Origin: Pocillopora damicornis
Lineage: Eukaryota
DNA: 64,000 nt
Assembly: GCF_003704095.1 (NCBI RefSeq)
Contig: NW_020846360.1
Coordinates: 1 to 64,000 of the forward strand
Direction of reading: 5' to 3'
Shown here: one piece after another, positions 12,340 to 23,860 of the stretch
Layout of the letters: every line of letters begins with the position of its first letter
Position numbering within the stretch: position 1 is the stretch's first letter
The notes under the pieces: model-generated
Database searches by the model: none
What the model was told of the DNA's origin: nothing
The model's input: the letters and a program-made list of their open reading frames with translations, nothing else
Position numbers and translations under genes: made by a program

Positions 12340-13368
12340 TTGACTAATGTACATGAACATAATGATGTTCGAGTGTCAATAAAAGTACAAGAATTCAGAT
12401 CTCGCTATGCAAAGTATGTATATTATAAATGTAGTTCTGTTTTATGTGAATGTCATGGCGACAAACGTGATTGTGAACCAAGTAGAGTACCAGTGAGCTT
12501 TTTAAAACGTCTCTCTCAGAAAAGTAGAAAATTACAGAGTTATACATGGGGCCGATTGAGGAAAAACGTACCAAAATCATTGAAAGTTCATCGTCTTATC
12601 AAAAATGTTGCAGGACGAAGGAAAAGTAGACACAAAACGTATCAGGCTTGTACAAAAAATGAGAAGGAAGCCAATTTTTAGAACGAGAAAAGTCAATTCT
12701 ACAATGAGATATGGTAACAAGTCAAATATAGCTAAACACAGAAAGAGATATTTCAAATATTTAACGTTGTTTTCGTGTAATTTCCCATAGGTGGGTACAA
12801 GAGTCTAACTCATATAGGCAATTGTACAAAGTACAAGCTTTGTAATGATTTAGGGGAAAACCCTGGTCCTGTGATGCACCATGTTGATCCCAGTAAAACA
12901 ATAAAAGCACCATACAGTCAAAGGGATGTTGTTGTATTTGGACAAAATGCAAGACAAGGATGTGTTGCAATGTGTTTATGTGCTTTAATATACTACAATA
13001 TGAAAGGAATAAGCAACCCTGGTGACTTGAAACAAATAATGCTTATTGGCAATCAATTATACAGCAGTTTGTGAAAGCTAGCAAGAAAATCATTCTTACT
13101 TCTGACAGAATTACCAACAATGCTTACAAATATTGCTGGAAAATTACCAGCTATAATACAGGGCAAGTTACACTGGTAATGTCTGTGGTGAGACTACTAT
13201 TGAGGGATCAATACTGCATGAGCCTGAAAGGAGCTTTTGAGTCACTGATATCAGAACAATACAGTTTGCTTATTTTGACAGTTGGTTGTGTTGCTGTAGA
13301 TATTGTTGACTGTGCTGAAAATCGCCATAAAGTGTTTGATTCTCTCACTAGAGATATTTATGGTAAGA
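12340..13368 (+). pseudogene. Helitron/Helentron N-terminal region with a herpesvirus-tegument (peptidase C76)-like cysteine protease, decayed
   Basis: Basic helical region, then IKAPYSQRDVVVFGQNARQGCVAMCL...DLKQIMLIGNQLYSSL and KVFDSLTRDIYG (family pattern SQGxxxFGxNAGxQC ... FDSHxRD). Confidence 0.75.
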
Positions 13369-14028
13369 GGGTAACCAGACATTTCGCACAAAAAACTTTT
13401 CGCACAAGTCTTTTAGCACAAGTTTTGGACCGTTCACACAATTCTTAGTGGTCGTTTCGCACAATAATTATAAGTGAGAAACATCAATATAAAAGGTATA
13501 CTGATTGATACTGATAAGACATTTCTTGACCGAGTAGCGAGGTAAAATATGCATGATTCGTCGGGTAACATGGCCGTGAACTTGAATTTTATATATTTAC
13601 ACAGAAATTTTATAAATAGGTTTTTTTGTCCTTTTAAATAAAAAGTGAAACAGTTTGCAGGTTTTTACTTTGACTTCAGAGGAGGGAGGATTGGTGACCA
13701 TTATACTTTCGAAATTAACATGGCGTCCTAGCGTCATCATGTTCGTATGTTTGTAGGGGATGATGTACTGTCAAAACTAAAAGGTTTTTCATTCAACAAA
13801 GGAAAAGTAATAGAAGTAATCGTTCCAATAGGGAGTTCTTTACATTTTCATGGAGAGCAAGATTTGTTCCTTTCTTCAAGTAAGAAGTAGTAATTGTCTT
13901 CACAAGTGTTTCGATCTAGTTGAAGTTATTACGTAAATAAAAGTCTACATTCTCGCTATTGGATCTTATTGAAAGTGACATGTGAAGGTGATATGTCTTA
14001 TCAGTATTGATTAGTATACCTTTTATAC
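13369..14028. mobile_element. MULE/foldback-type MITE with subterminal tandem repeats
   Basis: Repeated TTCGCACAA units at 13383-13465; ~35 bp inverted repeat, 13488-13522 vs 13993-14027; right end lost in the gap. Confidence 0.6.
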
Positions 14029-14128
14029 NNNNNNNNNNNNNNNNNNNNNNNNNNNNNNNNNNNNNNNNNNNNNNNNNNNNNNNNNNNNNNNNNNNNNNNN
14101 NNNNNNNNNNNNNNNNNNNNNNNNNNNN

Positions 14129-14210
14129 CTATCAAAACCAATGGAGTTGTCCACCTCAGTGTGGTTTATCCAATGTATAGCACTATCTAACCTTCAGCAA
14201 AATGGGCCTG
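14129..14210. mobile_element. End of a common palindromic MITE (TATCCA..ATAGC..TATC..GGGCCTG type)
   Basis: Degenerate TTTATCCAATGTATAGCACTATCTAACCTT..GGGCCTG terminus. Confidence 0.4.
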
Positions 14211-14214
14211 ATTG

Positions 14215-14714
14215 GCAAAAAGTTCTGAGGTTGCATGGAAAATCGCCTAAGAAAGCTTGAGTAAATGCCTTTAAAGCGTCTAGGACTTTCGTTGGAAACA
14301 TCTTTTATTTCAATCTATAAACCATTACTAAACTTTGCACTTCTTTTCAAGTTGTTAGCCGATGCAGCCCAAAAGTTTCCCCTTGAATTCAGAGAAGAAA
14401 GCTGTGAAAAATGTCAACATACTCCCCTCCCCCCATCAAATTTTTTTCGCAGTACATTGGCAGTTCGTTCCATCCTGAAAAAATTCTTGGTAGGCAGCAA
14501 TAGCACTGTAAAAGGGAAAATCACCAATTCTTCCCATACTGTTAAAGGAGAATTTTTGTGGTTTGACAGGATAACTAATGCTTGCTAAACCCACTTTCCA
14601 TCTTCACTCCTTCAGGTAGATGAGATGAGGCAAACAATTCTTGAAGTTGTGATTGCAATCGTGTGGGAACTCATTCGTGCAGGCATTGGTCTCCAAATGA
14701 GTGTATAAATCCAT
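14215..14714 (-). pseudogene. Polinton/Maverick minor capsid (penton)-like ORF, N-terminal part
   Basis: MDLYTHLETNACTNEFPHDCNHNFKNCLPHLIYLKE*RWKVGLASISYP resembles the Polinton penton pattern FYxxLxSNxSxxxFPxNxxxxFxxxLPxxIxLxxxWEVGLxEIxYP; lies directly downstream of the integrase. Confidence 0.65.
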
Positions 14715-14719
14715 TATGT

Positions 14720-15445
14720 CTTAAGAACATCTTTCTTCTCAATCCAGGAATTGTATTTATCAGGCCACCCTTGCCAACTAACCAAACATTTATTGTCTTT
14801 GCATTTTAAGATCTTTTAAGTGCCCTAAAAGGCCTCGCTCCATACTTGTACTTTTTCGCAAGCCTTATCTGTAAAATGTGTCCCCACACAGGTCTATCAT
14901 CCATTTCTTTGACTTTGTAGGTGTTGACTACTCCTGGTATCACGTGTGACACATTGTCCATCCTGGTAGATAACCTTTTTTCAAAATCATGGATTTACGT
15001 ACAATCAGACTCTATCATTGACTTGAAATTGGGGTTTCGATACAGGCTGTTGTTTCCTATAGTGTCTTCTTCCACACAGGGTATTTTTATATGTCACTGG
15101 CATTCTCGAGAGTCACTTGAAAGGGTTTCATACCTATACTTCGATGATTAGACATTGTATCCTTTCACAAAGGCAGGTAAAATGTTCAAATATCTTGAAG
15201 AATTAAAACTCATGAAATAATGATACATGCAAATTTTGAAAAGGCATTGACAACCACGCGAATATACCTGTTTCCGCTATTGTATTTTCCTACATTTTGC
15301 ACTTCAACCAGATCAGCTGCCCATCGTTCATCCACACCAAACACCAATACAGGTAGTGTGGGAAAATTTTGTGCATCATCTCAGTCGATGTAAGGTATAG
15401 GCTGTCTTTTTCTAACATTTTAGCTGCTTTGGTGAGTTTAAGATT
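14720..15445 (-). pseudogene. Polinton/Maverick retroviral-type integrase with C-terminal chromodomain, decayed
   Basis: NFPTLPVLVFGVDERWAADLVEVQNVGKYNSGNRYIRVVVNAFSK; YLNILPAFVKGYN..IGMKP; PKFQVNDRVR; KILKCKDNKCLVSWQGWPDKYNSWI. Confidence 0.8.
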
Positions 15446-16389
15446 ATATTGACGCACAATGGGATCTGCAATGTTTGTTTGATGGCAACTTTATTCTTCT
15501 TCTTTTTAATTTTGGTGGCAGGCAGCATGACAAAAATTAAGGTTCAACATTTTCACCGCCTGAATTACAGCAGTACAATGATCTACATGTATAGTCTTGG
15601 CATGAAATGTCTCCAGGCATCTCTAGGAAATGTGTATTGCAACCACAAGATGAAGACAACAAAGTGGAAGGGGGTTGTAACCATTTAAGGGAATAGTTCC
15701 AGGGGGAGATATCTTCATCTCTGTCTTCAAGGAACACATTTTCTAGCAATCGGTTTGAGTTAGTCTTCTGGTAGATGTCCTGACATAATTGTAGAACAAT
15801 GTTCCAAATCAATCAATCCTTAACCTCTAGAAATATACTCACGAGACACAAAACAAAGCTCATGATTACAAGTATCAATTACGAGGTGATTTTAAAAATC
15901 ACCTCAATGCATACACTTCCAAGGAGTCACGAGTTTATGCATATCCTTCTTTTTGGAAATTAGCTTGACCAAAGGGGTCTTAATCCAATTAAGCTTTCCC
16001 ATCAAACTGTACAAATTTCTTTTTTAATTCAGGCAAACTCCTTCCAGTTCTTTATGTTTCTTTTTCAAGAAACTTTCTACTTTAAAGACATCACTCTTCT
16101 GTTCCCTCTTCTTTCTTGCATTTTCCTCTTTCTGGGTGTCTTCTTTTCCTTCTCATCCCCTTGAAATCTTTGTTCCTAATCCTTCACTTTGTCTGAAGAT
16201 GTCTGAACTCCCGGAGTTGCAACCAATTCCATGGAAGTGAATTCAGTGAAAGGTTGAGTTGAAATGGTTATCAAAGGTACTCGTCTTGCCATCTTGAATC
16301 AAATGATTAACAAATACTTCAAATACTTATTCTCATTGTTCTTGATCTTGTTTGTTTCTCAATTTACCTATCATGTAGATGATATGAAA

Positions 16390-17149
16390 CAATCATTGCA
16401 AACTTGAGGTCTGTGCCTCAATCCCCAAACGTCCAGGGGAGAATCGATCCTGTCTGTGTTCTGCCACTTTATTGTGATCTTGAGGTCTGTACATCAATCC
16501 CCCAACCTCAGGAGGAAAATTGATCCTGTCTGTGTTCTGCCAAACAACAAACTCAGTATTGAGACTGATGTCTTTCCACATTGGATCATAAAATCTGCGG
16601 GGTGGTGCATGTCCGTCAGGTTTGAGGGGTGGATTTGAATTTTATCCCACATGTTTTTAATGTGGTCTGTAGGTGGTGCGTCCGCCCATTGGAAGACTTT
16701 GCATAGGTTTCTTTGACAATGGAAGTAACATCTGTACAAATTCTCTTGGCTGGTGGACATGCAGAGTTAGAGGAGTTGACTGCATTCACATTTCGTGAGC
16801 TGCCTTTGCACCTTTCATGATACATGGGAAACACCATGTTGGGGTTTGTACTGTAAGGGTAATAATGGGTCAATCGCTCTACACCTATAAAGACAGGACA
16901 ATCTTTCTGCGGGCAGCACATACATTCAAATCCTGCTCTTGAAGTTTTCCTTTCCAACTCTTGGAATGAGTGAAAACAACGTTTCAGTGGTAGGTAATCT
17001 TTCTTTTGCAGTGGTAGCGGTGGTGACTGATGTTGTGGACTAAAACTACACAAGTATGCTTCTTCCCATTGTTCTTTGGAATCGGGTGCAGGATGTGGAA
17101 TGTCTAACCCCAATTTTTCCAAGATGTCCTGCACTTCTACCTCTTCCAT
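16390..17149 (-). pseudogene. Cys-rich ORF with a GRF-type zinc finger, probable Polinton accessory gene
   Basis: RKTSRAGFECMCCPQKDCPVF, then (frameshifted) STSQENLYRCYFHCQRNLCKVFQWADAP, matching the GRF pattern RxFFxC...CxFFxWxD. Confidence 0.6.
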
Positions 17150-17481
17150 AGAATCATATCTCTTGACAACATTGATGGGGGGTTCGTTTTCTGCATGTCC
17201 TTCTTTCTTGATAACATGAATTTGGGGAGTGCTAAGACTAACATCGCCAGAGATTGCTTTAACGGTAATGGGAAGATCCTTAACATTGAAGCATTTTTCC
17301 TGAACAATTCTCTTTCTTTTCTTTGGAGCAGATTTCAGGCATGCTTAAGCAATAACTCCACTCACAATCGAAAAAAATACAACTGATAATGTCATGTCTT
17401 ATGCTCTTCTTTATAAATCATGAAATGACACACCAGAAAAACCGGAAAAAGTAATGACCTTTATACCTATGAGATGACAAT

Positions 17482-17553
17482 CAAGTTTTGAATTCGGGTA
17501 ATGAAGACAAGTTTTAAATTCAGGCAATGAAAACAGGTTTTGAATTCAGGTAA
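17482..17553. repeat. 26-bp tandem repeat, about 2.7 copies
   Basis: CAAGTTTTGAATTCGGGTAATGAAGA / CAAGTTTTAAATTCAGGCAATGAAAA / CAGGTTTTGAATTCAGGTAA. Confidence 0.8.
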
Positions 17554-19684
17554 ACCATACTTTTATTCAACAAAACTTATGCAAAGATAAAAATAACATT
17601 GACAAAAATATGTAAAAAAACTACACATCAATAAGCCACAGTCTCTCCGCATGCCTCTTGTCCTTCCTATTTTGCAAACAAAGAAAATATTTATCGAAAT
17701 CCAATTTCAGTTTATTAAATTGTTTATAAATGTCTTTTTATTTCCTTTCTAAGCATTTGCCATAAACTTCTGATTCCTCTTTTTTTTTAGCCATCTGCAA
17801 GTGGTAATCTTCCCTCTGGAGCCAAATGAGCTTTGAGTAAGGTGGGATCTCCTCTGTGCCTATCGCAATTGATGTAATTCCTTTCTTGAAATTCTCCATT
17901 TGCATCGACACACTCATTCTCAATATTTTTGTAATTGTCTTTATCTTCACGCAACTCACACCAATGTTCTTTCTGTGTCACAACTTTTCTTGTCTTTTTC
18001 GTCAACTTCTTTTTGTGCAGAACCGCTACATCTGCTCGAATTGCCATCAACTCTTCTTTGGCTACTGCACATAATGCCTTCATCTTCACTAGTCAAAATG
18101 ATTCAAAGAAAGCATGCGTTTTTTGTAGCGAAAGAGAATCGATTCAATTTTCCAAAAAAAAAGGATACCCTCTTACCCCCAGTTTCATCTAAAAAAAAGC
18201 ACATACTAAGTTGTAGCTTATCCAGACTGTGACATGTTCCAAACACTGGTATGCTTATCATGCTTTGTCTGCTGCTTCAACACCTAGTCATACAAAAAGG
18301 TTGGGGAGATGTCTGGTGTAACCTTTCTGGCGAGTGCAATTGATCATCACACTGATCACTGCAGCAAAATTGCAGCCCTGATGTTCGTCTGTCTCAAGTA
18401 CATACCAGACAGCAATAGCACATGGCTGTGGTTTCTCAGGCTGGAAGATCCGGCCCCAGAACAAGAAATTGACAGGAGTGTGTTCCAATAAGATGCGACT
18501 GTGGAAAAGAGAAGAGATTTCCAGTCAGACTGCGAACTTCAACATTGGACTTCAATACAGGCCAGTGTGTTCCAGAAATGTCCTATTTGAAAGATATTTT
18601 AAAAGTTTCTCAAACTGTTGAAAAATACTGAACGTACTGCAGAAGTGTGTCCTGAAGAAATCCGTTTTTGTGACAATCATGATGGTCAGTTTTACTAAAT
18701 TTTATAACAAGATGATCAATATGATATTGCTCCACCAAAAGTTAACATTTAAAATAAAATTGACATGATAGTTAAGAAAATGTGTGCTTGTCCATTACAA
18801 TAATGAGTTATTTTCAATAACCGCCACAAAAGGGAAGCAGGTTGCTGTGCCCACAGAGGTAAGAACATATTAAAAAGTCTCCTTAGTTCTAGCTACCATC
18901 GCTGCACATGCAGCTTTACTTTCCTAGCCTGTAAACCAACTGCAATAAAATATTCTTTTGTTCTCACCTTCATTTTACTGAAAAGTTTTGCAGTTCAGGG
19001 ACAGGAATTGAACAACAATTAGACTGCCGACAAAACTCTGAACAGAAAAATTCAAATTCTTTTTCCATTTCTCAATCTGAGATCTCTTTTTAAAGCAATT
19101 TCAATTTTGCCAAAAATTCGAAATAAAAGAAATCCTCATGAAGAAAAGCAGTGCACTATAGTCTAAATTCAATGTTTTACCCAGACGTATGGTAAGGGTT
19201 ATTATTTACACAAATTCATTCCAAATTAATGGTTCCAGTCAGAAATCCACTCTTGCTTAGATGTTTTTCAGGTAACCCTAACCCTCATCAACTTTTCTTT
19301 AGCTAAAATTACACCACTGTGTGTTGAAATTAGGGTTAGGGTTTGGCCAATTTGCCAAAAGGCTGGGTACATTCCTTCAGTTTTTCATCCTCAACTTTAA
19401 AGATATGTAGCTCTAGATCTATTCACTTTTATACAGTCACGTTATCATGGCAGAATGGAAGAGATTTGGAAAAGGCCAAAAAGGAATAAATTAAGGCAAA
19501 CGTCTTTTTATTAATGAAGCATACATGTATGCCTCATTAATCAAGTCATTTGTAGTCCAATCATATTATTAAACTGCAAATGTTTTCACGACTATGGAAA
19601 TTTCAGAATGTAACTTCCTTGGTTAATCAATGTCTTCTTAAACTGAAAGTCTTTGACATCTAGGTTTTCTGCAAATGTATTTCT

Positions 19685-19940
19685 TATATTTGTTTCTCAC
19701 CGCAGTGCAAATATATGAATTTCATATATCTAAAATCATCATTCATCACTTGGATGGTTTATTTGGACCCAACATATTGACCAGCTCCCAGTGGGTTTGT
19801 TACCTCAGTCGGCAGAGCGCTGCACCGGTATTGCAGAGGTCATGGGTTCAAATCCCGTACCGGCCTGAATTTTTTTCAGGTCCTATTCTCAACTACTAGT
19901 TCAGTAGTGTTCTAAGCTGTGAGGGTCTCTTAAATTTCGT
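19685..19940 (+). mobile_element. Short retroposon with an internal tRNA-like segment (GGT in the anticodon position), 12-bp TSD
   Basis: tRNA-like 19794-19866 (TTACCTCAGTCGGCAGAGC, CTGCA-CCGGTAT-TGCAG arm, GGTTCAAATCCC) then a T-run; AAATGTATTTCT at 19673-19684 and 19941-19952. Confidence 0.8.
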
Positions 19941-20079
19941 AAATGTATTTCTATTTAAACCATTCATTTATTTAGCTCAGTCTTAGTCTGTTGCTACTTT
20001 TATTCCTCTCATTGTTCCATTTCGTCTTACTCCTGTAAATACATCTCTCTGAATTAAAGAACTTGATACTTCAACATTG

Positions 20080-21570
20080 AGATGACAGTCATGGCAGTCA
20101 GTTGCTCATTTTGATGCTCTGCCATTTGAAACCTTTGCTCTCTTATCCAGTGGTCTGTAAACTGCCCCAGTTCATTGGCACACTGCACCATGATTAACCG
20201 ACAACCCTCTCTTAACTAATCTGTCCTACCATACCATGGAATCAAGAAACTTCATTTTCACCTCAGCATGTTGGGGTAGCCGCCATGTTGTTTCACAATT
20301 TCTGCTTGAAGGCTTCTCTCTATTGCAAGTTACCAATTATTCTAACTCCATTGCAAGTTATCAAATCAATCTAATCCGACTGAGTGACAATGTGAGCCTG
20401 AATCCTAGCCCAAATTGTACCAAACAGCGAAATTTAGCCGTCCAACAGCAACACCATGGTGATCTTTTAGCATCCTATGCAATTTTCTCAACAAAACAAT
20501 TATGATATCATTGCCTTGACTAAGGCCCATTTGAATAATTCAGTTTCTGTTGGAGAGATTTTAGCATTCGAATTACATACTTTTTAGACCAGACAGAAAG
20601 CTCACTGGAGGCTAGGGTGGTGGGGTTTAAATCCCAATATGGGACCATTTTAAAGTTGTTCCTCGGGACTCAGAGTTTCTCTTCGTTGACCTTCTGTTCT
20701 CTCACAACTGTACAGCCGCTCTGTGTGTCTTTTATTGACCACCCAATTATGATATTAAGCCCATGGAGGATCTGCAAGCCGTTCTACAAAAGTTATCACC
20801 AAAATGAGTTGAGTCTTCAAGGCGATTTTGATCTCCTGGAGATCCACTGGTTGAATAACAGAGTTCTGAGAGAATTGGCAATCTGCCTTTTACACACTTC
20901 TGCTGTACATCGTTCAAGATAATTTCCTGACCTACTTAGGAAATGAGTCTACAAGAGACTCAAATATCCAGGACTTCCTTTTTCTACTCTGCTTGACTTC
21001 ATCGACCACTTATCTGTCAAAGAGCTTTTCTTAGAACATAATTCTAATAGTTTCTCACTAATGGGTACCCCTTACATCCAGGGCAAATCACAAAAGTTAT
21101 TTTATCACTACGGTAAGGCTGACTGGGTTCACCTCAGGTCACTGCTATCCTACATTCACTGGGATTGTGCATTCTTGGACCATAACATCAATAAAAACCG
21201 GGTTTGTTGGAAAGACGTGTTTTTCTATCCATTTCATAGGTGTATTCCCAAACGCAGAGGCAAAAAAGAGACCCAATGCCCCCTGGATTATCTAGGAACT
21301 GATTGATTTGTGCAAGAAAAAGAAATGAGTGTGAGAGCCACCATCTGGGAAAAGTATTAACAATCAAACAACTCTGTCATGAGACTCTGTGACAAAGCTT
21401 AGTGCACGTAAAAACTAGCCCTTGATCTGCGAGAAAGCAAAGATCCTAAACCGTTTTAGAATTTTGATAAGTCTAAATAAAAAGGGACTAATGATCTTGC
21501 CTTCCTAAATGTCAATGAATCTGTTCTGAGAGACAGTATCAGCATTGCTCAAAAAATGAACTCTCTTTAT
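20080..21570 (+). mobile_element. CR1/L2-group LINE 5' half (degenerate 2A-like motif, APE endonuclease); resumes at 22563-22685
   Basis: YSNSIASYQINLIRLSDNVSLNPSP; YDIIALT; FRPDRK; QGDFDL; YHYGKADWVHLRSLLSYIHWD; after the nested LINE, NKSPGSDNIAPCILK. Confidence 0.75.
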
Positions 21571-21572
21571 CC

Positions 21573-22561
21573 TTGGCGCTTACATCTCAAGGTCATGCTA
21601 ATTTTCACACAGTGAGCTGTCATGTACCTGCAGGGGTGCCTAAGGGAACCAAGCTTGGGCTGTGGCTGTTTATTCTTATGATCGACGACATCAACACCAG
21701 CAATATGAATCTGTGGAAATATGTGGATGACACAACTATTGCAGAGTGTATTTACAAGAAAGAAGGCAGTCGTATTCAATCTGATGTGGAGGAACTGATT
21801 GCTAAGTCTAATCAAAATAAGTTCCAGCTAAATGAATTGAAATGTGAGGAATTGCAGATTTTGTTCGCTAAATCAGCCGCGGAATTTGCTCCAATTGTTA
21901 TCAACGGGAAAGCAATAGAGGTAGTGTCTACTGTTAAGTTGTTGGGGCTAAACATTTCTTCCGACCTTCGGTGGAACTGTCATGTTGCTGAAATAAGTAG
22001 AAAGGTTGCAAGTCGATTATATTTTCGTAAACAACTGAAGAGAGCGAATATTCCCACCAAAGATCTGCTGATCTTTTACAGGACTTGTATCCGCCCAGTA
22101 ATGGAATACGCATGCCCAGTGTTTCACAACGTGCTTCCTGCATATTTATCTGTGGAGTTAGAACAGCTACAGAAACGTGCCATGCAAATTATTTTTCTGT
22201 TTGTTCCATAAAGCGACGCATTAAGTCAAGCCAACTTGGAGACGCTCTCCCAACGCAGGCAGTTTATTACCAATAACCTTTTTGATTCCATCACCTGTAA
22301 CTCAGACCATAAACTGTATAAGCTCCTGCCTCCTAAGAACAACTGTGAGCTCAATTTGAGACGAAAGAGGAAATTTAATGTTCCTCTAGCTAAGACGAAG
22401 AGACTCATAAATACATTCATATATAGTAATTGTAGTTAATCTGTGTACATTTTTCTTATACTTTTCTCATACTTTTATTAGATTTTACTATTGCAAGGAT
22501 TAATCTAATTCAGCTCTTGGCTGTGATTTTAATCAGAATAAACTATCTACTCTACTCTACT
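21573..22561 (+). mobile_element. 5'-truncated LINE (RT with YVDDTT, Daphne/Crack-like) with 3' tail, nested in another LINE
   Basis: GVPKGTKLGLWLFILMIDD, WKYVDDTT, KLLGLNISSDLRWN, IRPVMEYACPVFH; ends AATAAA + (CTACT)n. Confidence 0.9.
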
Positions 22562-23099
22562 CAAACATGTTGAAAGGAAACTTGAACACATCAATTGTTC
22601 AGTTGATGAGGTCAGTAGTCACTTTAAAAACTCAAGGCGAACAAGTCCCCTGGTTCTGACAATATTGCACCCTGCATTCTAAAATCAATAAAATGATAAT
22701 GGAATACTTTGGCATGACATTGAAAGAAAGTGTCTTGGAAAATTGAGTTCCAGACAATTTGCCCCTCAGACAATTAGGCCCCAATGTGAAAACACTTAAG
22801 TTACTGATTTACAAAAGAAAAAGAAAGCCTGACTGCTCCAACTAGCCAGTCAACCAAATTGATCGTATCCATTTTGGATGAAACAAAATTATCAATGCTC
22901 GAATTTATCTCTTTTGTACCTGAACAATTGTATTCATAATAAAAGAGCTAACTACAGTGACCTGCGGTCCTTTAACCATTGAAAAAGGTTTTGTGTTTTA
23001 CACTTTAATGAAGCAGAAAACGTGTGAGTGTTTGAACCCAGGCCTCTCGGATAAACTCACGTTACACACGTTGTGCACGTTCGCGTTTTTACGCCAAGC

Positions 23100-23814
23100 T
23101 TTATTTGGCAAGATCAAAACGGAAAAGAAATTAAAATAGGCAAACATAAAGAATTAAAGCCCACAAGGGATGGGCACGAATAACACTCAGATCCATGCGG
23201 GGTTCCTATCCTAGGGGAATATAAGGATTTAAAATATGTATAGAAAAATAAAATCAAGTTGTAGTGAGAGGAAATCTAATTGTAGAAAAATCTAACTGTA
23301 CAAAATTGTCATCTAAATGTCAATAAATCTAATAGTATTAAAAAGAAATAATAAAAAAACTAAAACTAAATGAAAACAAATATACATATATGTATATACA
23401 CACATATATTATAGATATATGTGTGTACATAGATTACAAGATATTACTTTTGACTTTCAAAGCGCTCAACGGACAAGCCCTTAGCTACATCATTGAACTG
23501 CTGAAGCCTTATGTACCAACCAGAAATCTGAGGTCCTCCTCCAAAAACTTACTTAAAGTACTACCTGTCAAGCTAGTAAGTTATGGTCACAGGTGCTTCT
23601 CTTTTGTAGCACCGACTCTATGGAACTCTCTTCCGAACAACATAAAAAAGAGCAGCTCGCTATCAGACTTTAACACCTGTATAAAGACATACCTTTTTAA
23701 CAAATTTTATAATTAACCTTCTTAACAAATTTTATAATTAGCTTAGCGAGTTAATTAGCTATTTTATAGTTAGCTAGGTCGCTAGTTAGTTGGTTAGTTA
23801 ATTAGTTAGTCAGC

Positions 23815-23860
<46 letters not shown>

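Noticed and set aside
17482-17553. CRISPR-like repeat array
   Set aside because: Contiguous tandem units with no unique spacers, no cas genes, eukaryotic context
18290-18490. Cys/His-rich minus frame resembling a B-box
   Set aside because: Two stops within 60 codons and no frame clearly preferred; cannot be supported
19270-19345. Telomeric TTAGGG/CCCTAA repeats
   Set aside because: Only about two units each; such motifs are common inside MITEs
19794-19866. tRNA-Thr(GGT) gene
   Set aside because: Embedded in a TSD-flanked repeat, with a non-canonical anticodon loop (CC-GGT-AT) and mismatched stems; a retroposon part, not a tRNA gene
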